This document shows positions 45,886-55,566 of a stretch of 64,000 nt of DNA, piece after piece. The position numbers and the translations under genes are program-made. Source of the stretch: Parabacteroides distasonis (GTDB taxonomy: Bacteria > Bacillota_I > Bacilli_A > Acholeplasmatales > Anaeroplasmataceae); contig CAVFNL010000041.1 of NCBI GenBank assembly GCA_963623875.1, forward strand, positions 14,205 through 78,204. The letters are read 5' to 3'. The notes beneath the pieces are model-generated. The model was not told the DNA's origin and ran no database searches. It worked only from the letters and a program-made list of their open reading frames with translations. Numbering within the stretch: the stretch's first letter is position 1; each line of letters opens with the position of its first letter.

Positions 45886-47319
45886 ATGCAAAATTTTATG
45901 GATAAGGATTTCTTATTAACTACAGAAACTGCTAAAAAATTATATCATGAACATGCAGAAGGACAACCTATTATAGATTATCACTGCCATCTTCAACCAA
46001 AAGAAATTTATGAAGATAAAAAATTCCGTAACCTTGCTGAAGTTTGGTTAGGAGCAGGAGATAGATACGGAGACCACTATAAGTGGCGAGCTCTTCGTGC
46101 TAGAGGATATAGTGAAGATTCAATCTCAGGAAACGTTCCTGGACTTTCTCAAGAAGCCTCAGATAAACAAAAATATATGCAATTTGTTGAATCAATGCCA
46201 TATTTCGTAGGAAATCCATTATATCATTGGTCACACTTGGAAATGCAAAGATATTTTGATATCTATGATGTTATCAACAAACAAAACGCTGAAAAGATTT
46301 GGACTGAAGCTAACAAGAAGTTAGAAACACTTACTGCTCGTCAAATGATGTACAAATTCAATGTTAAAGTTGTTTGTACTACTGATGATCCAGTTGATGA
46401 TCTTCATTATCATAAATTAATGAAAGAAGATAAGACTTTAAAAGTAGAAGTACGTCCTGCTTTCCGTCCTGATAAAGCAATTAATGTAGAACTTGATTGG
46501 TTTGGATCATGGGTAGACCAATTATCTAAAGTTGTTGGATATAAACTAGATTCTATTGATACTTTCACTAAAGCTTTAGCTGAGCGTATTGATTTCTTCC
46601 ATGAAATGGGATCACGTTTATCTGACCACGCTCTAGATGTTGTTCACTATGCACCAGCTACTAAAGAAGAAGTTAACGCTATTTATCTAAAAGGTTTAAA
46701 GAATGAGCCTATTTCTGATGAAGAGCAAGACAAATATAAAGGATATATCTTATTATTCTTAGGAAAAGAATATTCTAAACATGGTTGGGTACAACAATAT
46801 CATATTGGAGCTTTAAGAAATAACTCTAAATCTATGCTTAAGAAGATTGGACCTGATACAGGATTTGACGCAATTGAAGATTCTGTATACATGGAAAAAT
46901 TATCTCAATTACTAGGAGCATTAGATGCTGAAGATGCTCTACCTAAGACTATCTTATATGATCTAAATCCTCGTGATAACTATGCGTTAATGGTTCTTGC
47001 TGGATGCTTCCAAAAAGAAGGTGTTAAGAACCGTGTTCAAGTAGGTACTGCTTGGTGGTTCCTAGATCAACAAGATGGAATGAGACAAAATATGGAAACA
47101 ATGATGCAAGTTGCTATCATCAGTCAAACTGTAGGTATGTTAACTGACTCTCGTTCATTCTTAGCATATCCTCGTCATGAGTATTATAGACGTCTTCTTT
47201 GCCAAATGCTTGGTAATTTAGTTGAATCAGGACAATATCCTGCATCTGAATTAGAAACATTAGGAAAAATAGTTGAAGATATTTGCTACAATAACGCTCA
47301 CGAATATTTTGGATTATAA
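45886..47319 (+). CDS. uxaC: glucuronate/galacturonate isomerase
   Basis: MDKDFLLTTETAKKLYHEHAEGQPIIDYHCHL and WWFLDQ motifs. Confidence 0.93.
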   Translation: MQNFMDKDFLLTTETAKKLYHEHAEGQPIIDYHCHLQPKEIYEDKKFRNLAEVWLGAGDRYGDHYKWRALRARGYSEDSISGNVPGLSQEASDKQKYMQFVESMPYFVGNPLYHWSHLEMQRYFDIYDVINKQNAEKIWTEANKKLETLTARQMMYKFNVKVVCTTDDPVDDLHYHKLMKEDKTLKVEVRPAFRPDKAINVELDWFGSWVDQLSKVVGYKLDSIDTFTKALAERIDFFHEMGSRLSDHALDVVHYAPATKEEVNAIYLKGLKNEPISDEEQDKYKGYILLFLGKEYSKHGWVQQYHIGALRNNSKSMLKKIGPDTGFDAIEDSVYMEKLSQLLGALDAEDALPKTILYDLNPRDNYALMVLAGCFQKEGVKNRVQVGTAWWFLDQQDGMRQNMETMMQVAIISQTVGMLTDSRSFLAYPRHEYYRRLLCQMLGNLVESGQYPASELETLGKIVEDICYNNAHEYFGL

Positions 47320-47326
47320 AATATAT

Positions 47327-47349
47327 AAGGCTTGTTTTATACAAGCCTT
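47327..47349 (+). terminator. terminator-like hairpin after uxaC
   Basis: AAGGCTTGT (47327-47335) / ACAAGCCTT (47341-47349). The downstream T-tract is weak. Confidence 0.5.
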
Positions 47350-47369
47350 TATAATTTAAGGAGAAAGAA

Positions 47370-48278
47370 ATGATTGATAAAATAAATTATGGACTTATTA
47401 AATTAATGGAAGAAACCTCAGATACTACTACAGAGAATAAGGTTGATTTTACATCAAGTGATTGGTGGAAAGGTAAATGGGAAGACTTAAAAGAATGGGC
47501 TACAACTAATCTTGTTCGTTATATAATTGCTTTTATTGTAATGATTATCTGCATCAAAATTGTTGATGTAGTATGTAAGAAATTTTATAAAAGACTTATT
47601 AAAAAACAAGCAGACGCAACTATTTCTAAGGTATTCCAAAGCGTAATATCTAAAGTACTTAAGGTTTTAATTTTCCTAATGTTCTTAGGATACATTGGAA
47701 TTGAAACTGCTTCAATTTCTGCTGTAATTGCGGCTTGTTCTGTTGGAATTGGTCTTGCAGTTCAAGGAGCTCTATCTAATTTTGCTGGTGGAATTTTAAT
47801 AATTCTTACAAGACCATTTAGAATAGGTGATTTCATAGAAGCTCAAGGAATTGCTGGTACTGTTGAAAATATAGGACTTTTCTATACTGATGTTGTAACA
47901 ACAGATAATGTTGTAAATATGGTACCTAATGGTATTCTTGCGAACGGTGTTATCACTAACAAATCAGTTAAAGATACAAGGCGTGTGGATTTAGTATTCC
48001 CTATTGCATATGAAGCTGACTTTAGAAAAGCTGAAGCTGTAATTATTGATACATGCGCAAAAAATGAGCTTATTTTTAAGGACCCAGCACCATTCTGTCG
48101 TATTGGTGAATACAATGAATATACACTTGATTTAAAATGCCGTGTGTGGGTTAAGAGTGAAAATTATTGGGATGTATATTTCTATCTATTAGAAGAAGTA
48201 TGGACTGCATTAGAAGTTAATGATATAGAAGTACCATATAATAGAATGGAATTATATGTTAAAAACAATCAAGAATAA
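47370..48278 (+). CDS. mscS: small-conductance mechanosensitive channel (MscS family)
   Basis: Three TM helices, then GLAVQGALSNFAGGILIILTRPFRIGDFIE..GTVENIGLFYT. Confidence 0.88.
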   Translation: MIDKINYGLIKLMEETSDTTTENKVDFTSSDWWKGKWEDLKEWATTNLVRYIIAFIVMIICIKIVDVVCKKFYKRLIKKQADATISKVFQSVISKVLKVLIFLMFLGYIGIETASISAVIAACSVGIGLAVQGALSNFAGGILIILTRPFRIGDFIEAQGIAGTVENIGLFYTDVVTTDNVVNMVPNGILANGVITNKSVKDTRRVDLVFPIAYEADFRKAEAVIIDTCAKNELIFKDPAPFCRIGEYNEYTLDLKCRVWVKSENYWDVYFYLLEEVWTALEVNDIEVPYNRMELYVKNNQE

Positions 48279-48294
48279 AATTTAATACTTTTTT

Positions 48295-48327
48295 ATAGAA
48301 TGTAAGCAATTACATTCTATTTTTTTA
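48295..48327 (+). terminator. rho-independent terminator
   Basis: ATAGAATGTAA (48295-48305) / TTACATTCTAT (48310-48320) stem then T7. Confidence 0.8.
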
Positions 48328-48366
48328 TTTCTTTAGGTATATAATTTAGTTTGTCGAGGTGTTATT

Positions 48367-49323
48367 ATGGATTTTCAAACGACATTATTTAATGTATTTA
48401 TAGTATTATTATATGCACTACCAGCATTTGTTTTAGCTAAGGTTAAAATGGTAGACGCAACTCATTCAAAATCTATCGCAACCATTCTTTTATACATATT
48501 ATCTCCATGTATGATAATAAATGCATTTCAAGGAATTGAAAGAAGTAAAAAGATGGTTGAAAATATGGCTATATTTGTCATAGTTACATTATTGCTTCAA
48601 ATATTAATGATTGCGCTTGCGTTTTCGTTTGCTCATTTTTATAACAAAAATAAAGATGAAGAACATAAACTTAAAAAAGTAGGACTTGCAGGTACAGCAC
48701 TTGGAAATGTAGGATTCTTTGGACTTCCTATTGTTACAGCCCTTCTTAAAAATTATCCTGAAGCCGCAGTATATTCATCATTATTTGTACTTTCAATGAA
48801 CTTGATGATATTTACTGTAGGAGCATATGCTGTAACAGGTAGAAAAGAATATATGAGTCTTAAGAAAATGCTTTTAAATCCTACTACAATATCTGTTATT
48901 ATTGCGATGGTTATTTATGGATTTGACATTGAATTTCAAAACACTATGGGTGATTTTGGACCACTTTTAGGTGATGCAATAAAATTACTTGGTAAAATGA
49001 CAACACCAGTATCTATGATAGTTTTAGGAATAAGGCTTGGTACAACATCGCTTAAGACTGTATTTACAAATTATCATGCATATATTGTCTCATTAATAAA
49101 ATTAGTAATCTTTCCACTATTATGCTTTGTAATTGTATACTTTACACCACTACCTTATTCAATGCGAGCATCAATTGTTATTTTAGCGTGTGCCCCATGT
49201 GCATCATTAATCCTAAATTTAGCTGAAATGCTTGGATCAGAACAAGATTATGCCGCAAATGTGGTTTTAATATCAACATTATTATCGATTATTACCATAC
49301 CTTTGGTGCTTTTAATTCTTTAA
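48367..49323 (+). CDS. AEC-family (auxin efflux carrier/malate permease-like) transporter
   Basis: About 10 TM helices in two halves, separated by a short charged loop (NKNKDEEHKLKK). Overall resemblance to PF03547 proteins. Confidence 0.7.
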   Translation: MDFQTTLFNVFIVLLYALPAFVLAKVKMVDATHSKSIATILLYILSPCMIINAFQGIERSKKMVENMAIFVIVTLLLQILMIALAFSFAHFYNKNKDEEHKLKKVGLAGTALGNVGFFGLPIVTALLKNYPEAAVYSSLFVLSMNLMIFTVGAYAVTGRKEYMSLKKMLLNPTTISVIIAMVIYGFDIEFQNTMGDFGPLLGDAIKLLGKMTTPVSMIVLGIRLGTTSLKTVFTNYHAYIVSLIKLVIFPLLCFVIVYFTPLPYSMRASIVILACAPCASLILNLAEMLGSEQDYAANVVLISTLLSIITIPLVLLIL

Positions 49324-49377
49324 AAAAATAATTAAATATGGTATCATATAGTAGTTAGAATATGGAGTTGAATTTAT

Positions 49378-51786
49378 ATGGAATTTGATCACAAGAAAAT
49401 AGAAAAGAAATGGCAAACTTATTGGGATGAAAACGAAACATTTAAAACTGATGTGTGGGATTTTTCTAAACCTAAATATTATGCCTTAGATATGTTCCCA
49501 TATCCATCAGGACAAGGATTACATGTAGGTCATCCTGAAGGATATACTGCGACTGATATCGTATCTCGTAAAAAGAGAATGGAAGGATATAATGTATTAC
49601 ATCCAATGGGATTTGATTCATTTGGTCTTCCAGCAGAACAATATGCAATAAAAACAGGAAATCATCCTGAAGGTTTTACATTAAAAAACATTGAAACATT
49701 TACAAGGCAATTAAAAATGCTTGGATTTTCATTCGATTGGAGTAAACAAGTATCAACATGCGATCCTAAATTTTATAAATGGACACAATGGATATTTAAA
49801 CAATTATATAATGATGGACTTGCAAAGCAAGTAGATATGCCTGTAAACTGGTGTGAAGAATTAGGTACGGTTTTAGCAAATGATGAAGTAATTGATGGAA
49901 AATCTGAACGTGGAGGATACCCTGTTGTTCGTCGTAATATGAAACAATGGGTTCTAGATATTCCTGCATATGCTGAAAAATTACTTTCAGGACTTGATGA
50001 CGTTGATTGGCCAGAATCTACTAAAGCCATGCAAAGAAATTGGATTGGAAAGAGCGTTGGAGCACATGTAGAATTTAAGGTATCTAATACAGATTATAAA
50101 TTTACTGTATTTACAACAAGATGTGATACTCTATTTGGAGCTACATATTGCGTACTTGCACCTGAACATGAACTTGTTGATTTAATTACTACAAAAGATA
50201 AGGCACAAGAAGTAAAAGCTTATAAAGAATTATGTGCTAAGAAAAGTGAACTTGAACGTACTGAATTAAATAAAGAAAAAACAGGAGTATTTACAGGAAC
50301 ATATGCAATAAATCCTGTAAATGATAAATTAATTCCTATTTATATTTCAGACTACGTGCTAGCATCATACGGAACAGGTGCTATTATGGCGGTTCCTGCA
50401 CATGATGGAAGAGATTATGATTTCGCTAAAAAATTTGGTATTGAAATAATCGAAGTACTTGAGGGTGGAGATATTTCAAAACAAGCCTACGAAGAAGATG
50501 GTCTTCATATAAATAGTGGATTCTTAAATGGATTAAATAAAGAAGACGCAATAAATAAGATGATTTCATTCCTTGAAGAAAAAGGAATTGGAAAGAAAAA
50601 AATATCATACCGTCTTCGTGAATGGATATTTGCTCGTCAAAGATATTGGGGAGAACCAATTCCTGTAGTTCATTATAAGGATCATGATGAAGTGCTTCCT
50701 GATGATGAACTTCCACTAGTGTTACCAGAACTTGATGACTACAAACCAAAAGTAAACGGAACTGCGCCTCTTGAAAACGCAACCCAATGGAAAAAATATA
50801 TAAATAAAGAAACAAAAGAAGAAGGTAAGAGAGAAACAAATACTATGCCAGGTTCAGCTGGTTCTTCATGGTATTTCTTACGTTATATTGATCCAAACAA
50901 TGATAAAATGTTTGCAGACCCAGAACTTATAAAACACTGGATGCCAGTAGACCTTTACGTTGGTGGACCTGAACATGCAGTAGGACATTTACTATATTCG
51001 CGTTTCTGGAATAATTATTTATACGACAAAGGTCTTGTATCATGTAAAGAACCATTTAAGAAATTAGTTCACCAAGGAATGATTTTAGGATCAAATGGTG
51101 AAAAGATGAGTAAATCACGTGGAAATGTAATAAACCCGGATGATGTAATTGAGGAATATGGTGCGGATACATTAAGACTATATGAAATGTTTATGGGACC
51201 TCTAATGGCTGAAAAACCTTGGAGCGAAACAGGACTTGATGGTGCGCGTAGATTTTTAGATAGAGTATATAGATTTGTAGTATCAGCTATATCTAGTAAT
51301 AAAATGGTTAATGGACCAATAAAAGAATTAGAATTAATTTATAACCAAACAGTAAAAAAAGTATCAGAAGACTATGATTCACTAAACTTTAATACTGCAA
51401 TATCTGCATTGATGGTTCTTTTAAACGAAATGTCTAGACAAGAGGTTGTTTCTAAAGATTATGTATTAAATTACGTAAAGATGTTATCACCTATTGCGCC
51501 ACATATATGTGAAGAATTATGGGAAAAATTAGGACATAATACAACGATTGCTTATGAATCATGGCCTAAATATGATCCATCAAAACTAGAAGCTTCGACA
51601 ATTTCTATTATTTGCCAAGTTAATGGTAAACTAAGAGATAGAGTTGAAGTAAATGCTTCAAGCAGTGAAGAAGAAGTAAAAAATATAGCTTTAAATTCAC
51701 AAAAGATTAAATCATACACTGATGGACATGAAATAGTAAAAGTAATTTATGTTCCTAAGAAAATATTAAACATTGTAGTAAAATAA
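49378..51786 (+). CDS. leuS: leucine--tRNA ligase
   Basis: HVGHPEGY (HIGH) and KMSKSRGN (KMSKS) motifs, CP1 editing domain, 802 aa. Confidence 0.97.
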   Translation: MEFDHKKIEKKWQTYWDENETFKTDVWDFSKPKYYALDMFPYPSGQGLHVGHPEGYTATDIVSRKKRMEGYNVLHPMGFDSFGLPAEQYAIKTGNHPEGFTLKNIETFTRQLKMLGFSFDWSKQVSTCDPKFYKWTQWIFKQLYNDGLAKQVDMPVNWCEELGTVLANDEVIDGKSERGGYPVVRRNMKQWVLDIPAYAEKLLSGLDDVDWPESTKAMQRNWIGKSVGAHVEFKVSNTDYKFTVFTTRCDTLFGATYCVLAPEHELVDLITTKDKAQEVKAYKELCAKKSELERTELNKEKTGVFTGTYAINPVNDKLIPIYISDYVLASYGTGAIMAVPAHDGRDYDFAKKFGIEIIEVLEGGDISKQAYEEDGLHINSGFLNGLNKEDAINKMISFLEEKGIGKKKISYRLREWIFARQRYWGEPIPVVHYKDHDEVLPDDELPLVLPELDDYKPKVNGTAPLENATQWKKYINKETKEEGKRETNTMPGSAGSSWYFLRYIDPNNDKMFADPELIKHWMPVDLYVGGPEHAVGHLLYSRFWNNYLYDKGLVSCKEPFKKLVHQGMILGSNGEKMSKSRGNVINPDDVIEEYGADTLRLYEMFMGPLMAEKPWSETGLDGARRFLDRVYRFVVSAISSNKMVNGPIKELELIYNQTVKKVSEDYDSLNFNTAISALMVLLNEMSRQEVVSKDYVLNYVKMLSPIAPHICEELWEKLGHNTTIAYESWPKYDPSKLEASTISIICQVNGKLRDRVEVNASSSEEEVKNIALNSQKIKSYTDGHEIVKVIYVPKKILNIVVK

Positions 51787-51793
51787 TAAAAAT

Positions 51794-51816
51794 GGCAGAG
51801 TGATTCTGCCTTTTTT
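51794..51816 (+). terminator. rho-independent terminator
   Basis: GGCAGA (51794-51799) / TCTGCC (51805-51810) stem then T6. Confidence 0.75.
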
Positions 51817-52000
51817 AATAAACGTTATAATATCTTATAAGTGAGTATTGTAAATGATATATAATTAGAAAAATGTTATGAACTATAGTATACTAATGTT
51901 ATAGTTTAATTAATAAGTAAGTTTATGCAAAGGATTTAATTTTATTATTTGAAATCAAATCAAAAAAGTATAAAAGTTTTACAATACAATAACTCTTAGA

Positions 52001-52016
52001 TAAATCACGTGATTTA
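52001..52016. promoter_or_regulatory. perfect 16-bp palindrome TAAATCACGTGATTTA abutting a -35 box (candidate operator)
   Basis: Read directly from the sequence. It is centred on CACGTG and ends 2 nt before TTGTAT (-35). Confidence 0.45.
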
Positions 52017-52018
52017 AT

Positions 52019-52047
52019 TTGTATTTACTATAAAATAATGCTATAAT
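52019..52047 (+). promoter_or_regulatory. promoter for the TasA-like gene pair
   Basis: TTGTAT (52019-52024), 17 nt spacer, TATAAT (52042-52047). Confidence 0.55.
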
Positions 52048-52107
52048 AAAATAGATTGAAAGAAGAAAAAAGTAATATGCGTTTTCTAGAGAGGGGTTGC
52101 GGATATT

Positions 52108-52887
52108 ATGAAAAAAAATTTAATATTTTCAATATTATCCTTAATTCTTGCTTCAACGCTCGTTGTTTTTATTTCGTTTGCGTGGTTCACGACAAATAGT
52201 GAAGTAAATTCTACAACTATAATTAAGGTAACAGGTGGTTCTAAATACGAATATACGCTGCAAACTTATGACACAAATGAATGGGTAAATGTTAATAGCG
52301 AAAATCCACTATCATTTGATAAGTTTAGTCCTGGAGATTCTATTTATTTAAGATATAAGATTGTATCAGCCAAAAGTGAAAATTCATATATTCAGTCTAA
52401 TCTTAGCTCGTATTCTTCAGAAATATCAGATCATCTTTCTGCAAATCTTGAAAAAATGCAAATAGAATTAGATAAGGCATACCAAGTGTTTGATATTATA
52501 GAAAATAAGGATGAAGAGACTAAAGCAGATTATCCATATATAACAAATTATGAAGGTCATACTATTTATAATATTGATAGCAATGGTAAAATTGTGCTTA
52601 CTGATTTTTCTAAAATTGAAAATGCGGTTGTAACTTATGATTTAACCTCATCAAAAGATGATCTTACACCAAGTGAATTACCAAAATATGATGGGCTTAC
52701 TAAAAAAACATTAGGGCAAAATATATTTGATGGCCAAGGACAAACAATTTATGCAAATGATGTTACTTATTGTTATTTTTCAATAGTATATGAGGATTAT
52801 GACGAGGTAGAATCAGAGATATATGATTCGAATGATTACTTTATATATCAACAATTTAGGGTTGAATCTATAAATATTTATCTATAG
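52108..52887 (+). CDS. exported protein with SipW/TasA-camelysin-type signal peptide
   Basis: N-terminus MKKNLIFSILSLILASTLVVFISFAWFTTNSEV. The FAWFT motif matches the (T)FAYF(S/T)D motif that follows the TM in TasA/CalY-class proteins. Confidence 0.6.
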   Translation: MKKNLIFSILSLILASTLVVFISFAWFTTNSEVNSTTIIKVTGGSKYEYTLQTYDTNEWVNVNSENPLSFDKFSPGDSIYLRYKIVSAKSENSYIQSNLSSYSSEISDHLSANLEKMQIELDKAYQVFDIIENKDEETKADYPYITNYEGHTIYNIDSNGKIVLTDFSKIENAVVTYDLTSSKDDLTPSELPKYDGLTKKTLGQNIFDGQGQTIYANDVTYCYFSIVYEDYDEVESEIYDSNDYFIYQQFRVESINIYL

Positions 52888-52911
52888 TGGAATTGAAATG
52901 GAGGGATAACG

Positions 52912-53523
52912 TTGAGAAAGAAAATATTAATAATAACTTGCTTAGTTTCACTTCTTGCCTTATCCTTTATAGGATTTGGTTATGGATATGGGTGGTTCAT
53001 TAACCAATCGCAAACAGAACCTATTGATTGGAACACTAAAGGTATAGTTTTTTCATATAAAATAAATGATGGATTTGATGAAAAGACTGATGTGCTAGCA
53101 TATTCTGTAAACAATGTTGCGTTTTTTGATAAAGATAGCACAGATGAGGGGAAATATTTTAAAGATATGGCTTTAGAAATAGAATTCAACATCACAAATG
53201 TATGTGATTATGATTTAACTGTTTCTTTAGAATTTAGTGCGCAAGAAGAAACTACTGTTGCTCATTTAGAAGGTCTTTTAACGAGTGAGAAAATAGAATC
53301 TACTACTAACTATAATTCGGTAGAAGAGGTCTTAGAAGCTAAAAAGATTGGGAACTCTTCAAGTAAGATAACTTTACCAAGTAAAGTAGAGGTAAAAACA
53401 GTTGGAACTGCTTATCTATATTTATTTGGTGTTCAGCCAGATGATAGCGCAACTAATGATTTTTTAGCTGACACATATGGGTTTAGTATTTTATTATCCG
53501 CTGTAAGGTATAAAGAACAATAA
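52912..53523 (+). CDS. second exported protein with TasA-like signal peptide
   Basis: TTG start after GGAGGG. MRKKILIITCLVSLLALSFIGFGYGYGWFINQSQTEP. Confidence 0.55.
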   Translation: MRKKILIITCLVSLLALSFIGFGYGYGWFINQSQTEPIDWNTKGIVFSYKINDGFDEKTDVLAYSVNNVAFFDKDSTDEGKYFKDMALEIEFNITNVCDYDLTVSLEFSAQEETTVAHLEGLLTSEKIESTTNYNSVEEVLEAKKIGNSSSKITLPSKVEVKTVGTAYLYLFGVQPDDSATNDFLADTYGFSILLSAVRYKEQ

Positions 53524-53530
53524 TTAAAAA

Positions 53531-53554
53531 GAGGTGTTTTTTACATCTCTTTTT
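53531..53554 (+). terminator. terminator-like hairpin
   Basis: GAGGTG (53531-53536) / CATCTC (53544-53549) stem with one G-U pair, then TTTTT. Confidence 0.55.
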
Positions 53555-53710
53555 GCATTTTATATGAAAGTGTTAAATTAATTATGAAATATATACCTGA
53601 AATAAATAAATATTTAATCAAATATTTTGATTTAAATGGTTTTACTTTTATTTAATGTTATATTATGCTATACTAACTATATATTTTTTTTAATAAAATG
53701 AGGTTTTCAT

Positions 53711-54538
53711 ATGAGAATTTTAATTGTAGGATTAGGCCTTATGGGAGGCTCTTATGCGATGGGGCTAACAAAGGCTTCACACGAGGTATACGCAACAGAT
53801 ATTAATCCTTTGTCTATCAAATATGCTAAAGATAAAAAAATAATAATAGATGGATCAACAAATCCAAAGGATTTTATAGAAAATGTTGATATGGTTGTTA
53901 TTGGATTGTATCCAAATAACATTATAAATTTTTTAGAAGAATATAATATATACTTTAAAGAAGGTCAAATTATAACTGACCTTTGTGGAATAAAAACATA
54001 CTTTTTAGAAAAAGCCCAAGAGATTGTTACAAAAGCTGAATATATCTCTCATCACCCTATGGCTGGACGTGAAAAAAGTGGTGTAGAATATGCGAATACA
54101 GAGATGTTTTTAAAAGCTAACTTTTTGATTACACCTACAATAAAAAATACAACTAGAGCTATAGAAGTTTTGAAAGGAATTGGAAACGATTTGAAGTTTG
54201 GTAAAATTTCTATTGTAACACCTAAACACCACGATGAAATTATAGCTTACACATCACAACTTACACACGCAATTGCGGTTGCTTTAGTCAATTCTGATAG
54301 GTCAGATGATTCTAAGAATTTTGTAGGAGATTCGTATCGTGACCTTACGAGAATTGCTAAAATAAATGAAGAATTGTGGAGTGAATTATTCTTTAATAAT
54401 AAAGATGCCTTAATGGAAAAGATAAGAGTTTTTGAAGAAGAATTAGATGAAATAAAAAAAGCTTTAAACAATGATGATAAAGAACTATTGAAAGAAAAAT
54501 TTAAAAGTTCTACTAAACATAGAAAAGAGATGGAATAA
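53711..54538 (+). CDS. tyrA: prephenate dehydrogenase
   Basis: Rossmann N-terminus MRILIVGLGLMGGSYA and the HPMAGREKSG catalytic motif. Confidence 0.88.
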   Translation: MRILIVGLGLMGGSYAMGLTKASHEVYATDINPLSIKYAKDKKIIIDGSTNPKDFIENVDMVVIGLYPNNIINFLEEYNIYFKEGQIITDLCGIKTYFLEKAQEIVTKAEYISHHPMAGREKSGVEYANTEMFLKANFLITPTIKNTTRAIEVLKGIGNDLKFGKISIVTPKHHDEIIAYTSQLTHAIAVALVNSDRSDDSKNFVGDSYRDLTRIAKINEELWSELFFNNKDALMEKIRVFEEELDEIKKALNNDDKELLKEKFKSSTKHRKEME

Positions 54539-55566
54539 TGAGAAGACTTCATATTAATTTAAAAGATCATTCTTATGATATTGTAATCAAAGATGGTATT
54601 ATAGATAGTCTTGCAGAATATATAAGTGAAGTATACAAAAACAGAAAAATATATATTATAACAGATTCTAATGTTGCGCCTCTTTATTTAGATAAAGTTA
54701 AAGAAGGTTTAAGTAAATTATATAAAGTAGAAAGTGTTGTAATAAAAGCAGGAGAAGAGTCTAAATGCTTTGATGTATATAAAGATGTATGTGAACAATT
54801 AATAAACCTAAATATAAGAAGAAATGAATTACTTTTAGCTTTAGGTGGAGGAGTAATCGGTGACTTAACAGGATTTATTGCAGGAACTATTTACCGTGGA
54901 ATACCATACATAGGTGTACCAACATCTCTTTTAGCACAAATGGATTCATCTATTGGTGGAAAAACAGGAATAGATTTTTATAATAGAAAAAATATTATTG
55001 GTGTATTTAAACAACCACTAATGGTTTTGATTGATCCAAGAACTACAGATACTTTGTCAAAAGAAGAATTTACTAATGGAATGGGTGAACTTATAAAGCA
55101 TGGCGCAATAGGTAATCCTAAACTATTAACTTTGATTGAAAATGGTCTTGATAAAATGACTGAAGAAATAGTAGAGGAATCATTAAAGGTTAAAAAGGCT
55201 GTTGTAGAAATTGATGAATTTGATCAAAAAGAACGTATGTATTTAAACTTTGGCCATACATTTGGACATGCGATTGAACTTAAATATGGTTATAAGCATG
55301 GGGTTGCAGTAGCTATTGGAATGCTTATGGCATTAAAATTTGGAATCGATATGAATGAAACTAAAAAAGAATGCTATGATGTAATTTATAACATTTTGAT
55401 GAAATGTGATTTCCCTATTGTAGAATATAATTATAAAGATTATCTATTAGATATGGCATATGATAAGAAGAATATTGCAGGCGTAATTAAATTTGTATTT
55501 ATAAAAGATTTTGGTAAACCAGAATTATATGAAATTAAAGAAGAAAATATAAAGGATTTGATGTAG
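54538..55566 (+). CDS. aroB: 3-dehydroquinate synthase
   Basis: GGGVIGDLTGFIA, PTSLLAQMDSSIGGKTG and GHTFGHAIE motifs. Confidence 0.93.
   Translation: MRRLHINLKDHSYDIVIKDGIIDSLAEYISEVYKNRKIYIITDSNVAPLYLDKVKEGLSKLYKVESVVIKAGEESKCFDVYKDVCEQLINLNIRRNELLLALGGGVIGDLTGFIAGTIYRGIPYIGVPTSLLAQMDSSIGGKTGIDFYNRKNIIGVFKQPLMVLIDPRTTDTLSKEEFTNGMGELIKHGAIGNPKLLTLIENGLDKMTEEIVEESLKVKKAVVEIDEFDQKERMYLNFGHTFGHAIELKYGYKHGVAVAIGMLMALKFGIDMNETKKECYDVIYNILMKCDFPIVEYNYKDYLLDMAYDKKNIAGVIKFVFIKDFGKPELYEIKEENIKDLM

Noticed and set aside
49324-49377. Expected T-box leader upstream of leuS.
   Set aside because: Only 54 nt separate the upstream stop from the leuS ATG. That space is filled by a TGGTATCAT extended -10 element and the SD, so there is no room for a T-box.
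50426-50839. 137-aa minus-strand ORF (also 49773-50030).
   Set aside because: Both lie inside leuS, whose plus-strand product is unambiguous.
52111-52118. Homopolymeric A8 right after the start codon of the first TasA-like gene, and a similar A7 at 38640 in the second lipoprotein gene, as phase-variation tracts.
   Set aside because: MKKK... N-termini encoded by AAA runs are the default for signal peptides in AT-rich genomes. The tracts are short and I have no evidence of length heterogeneity.
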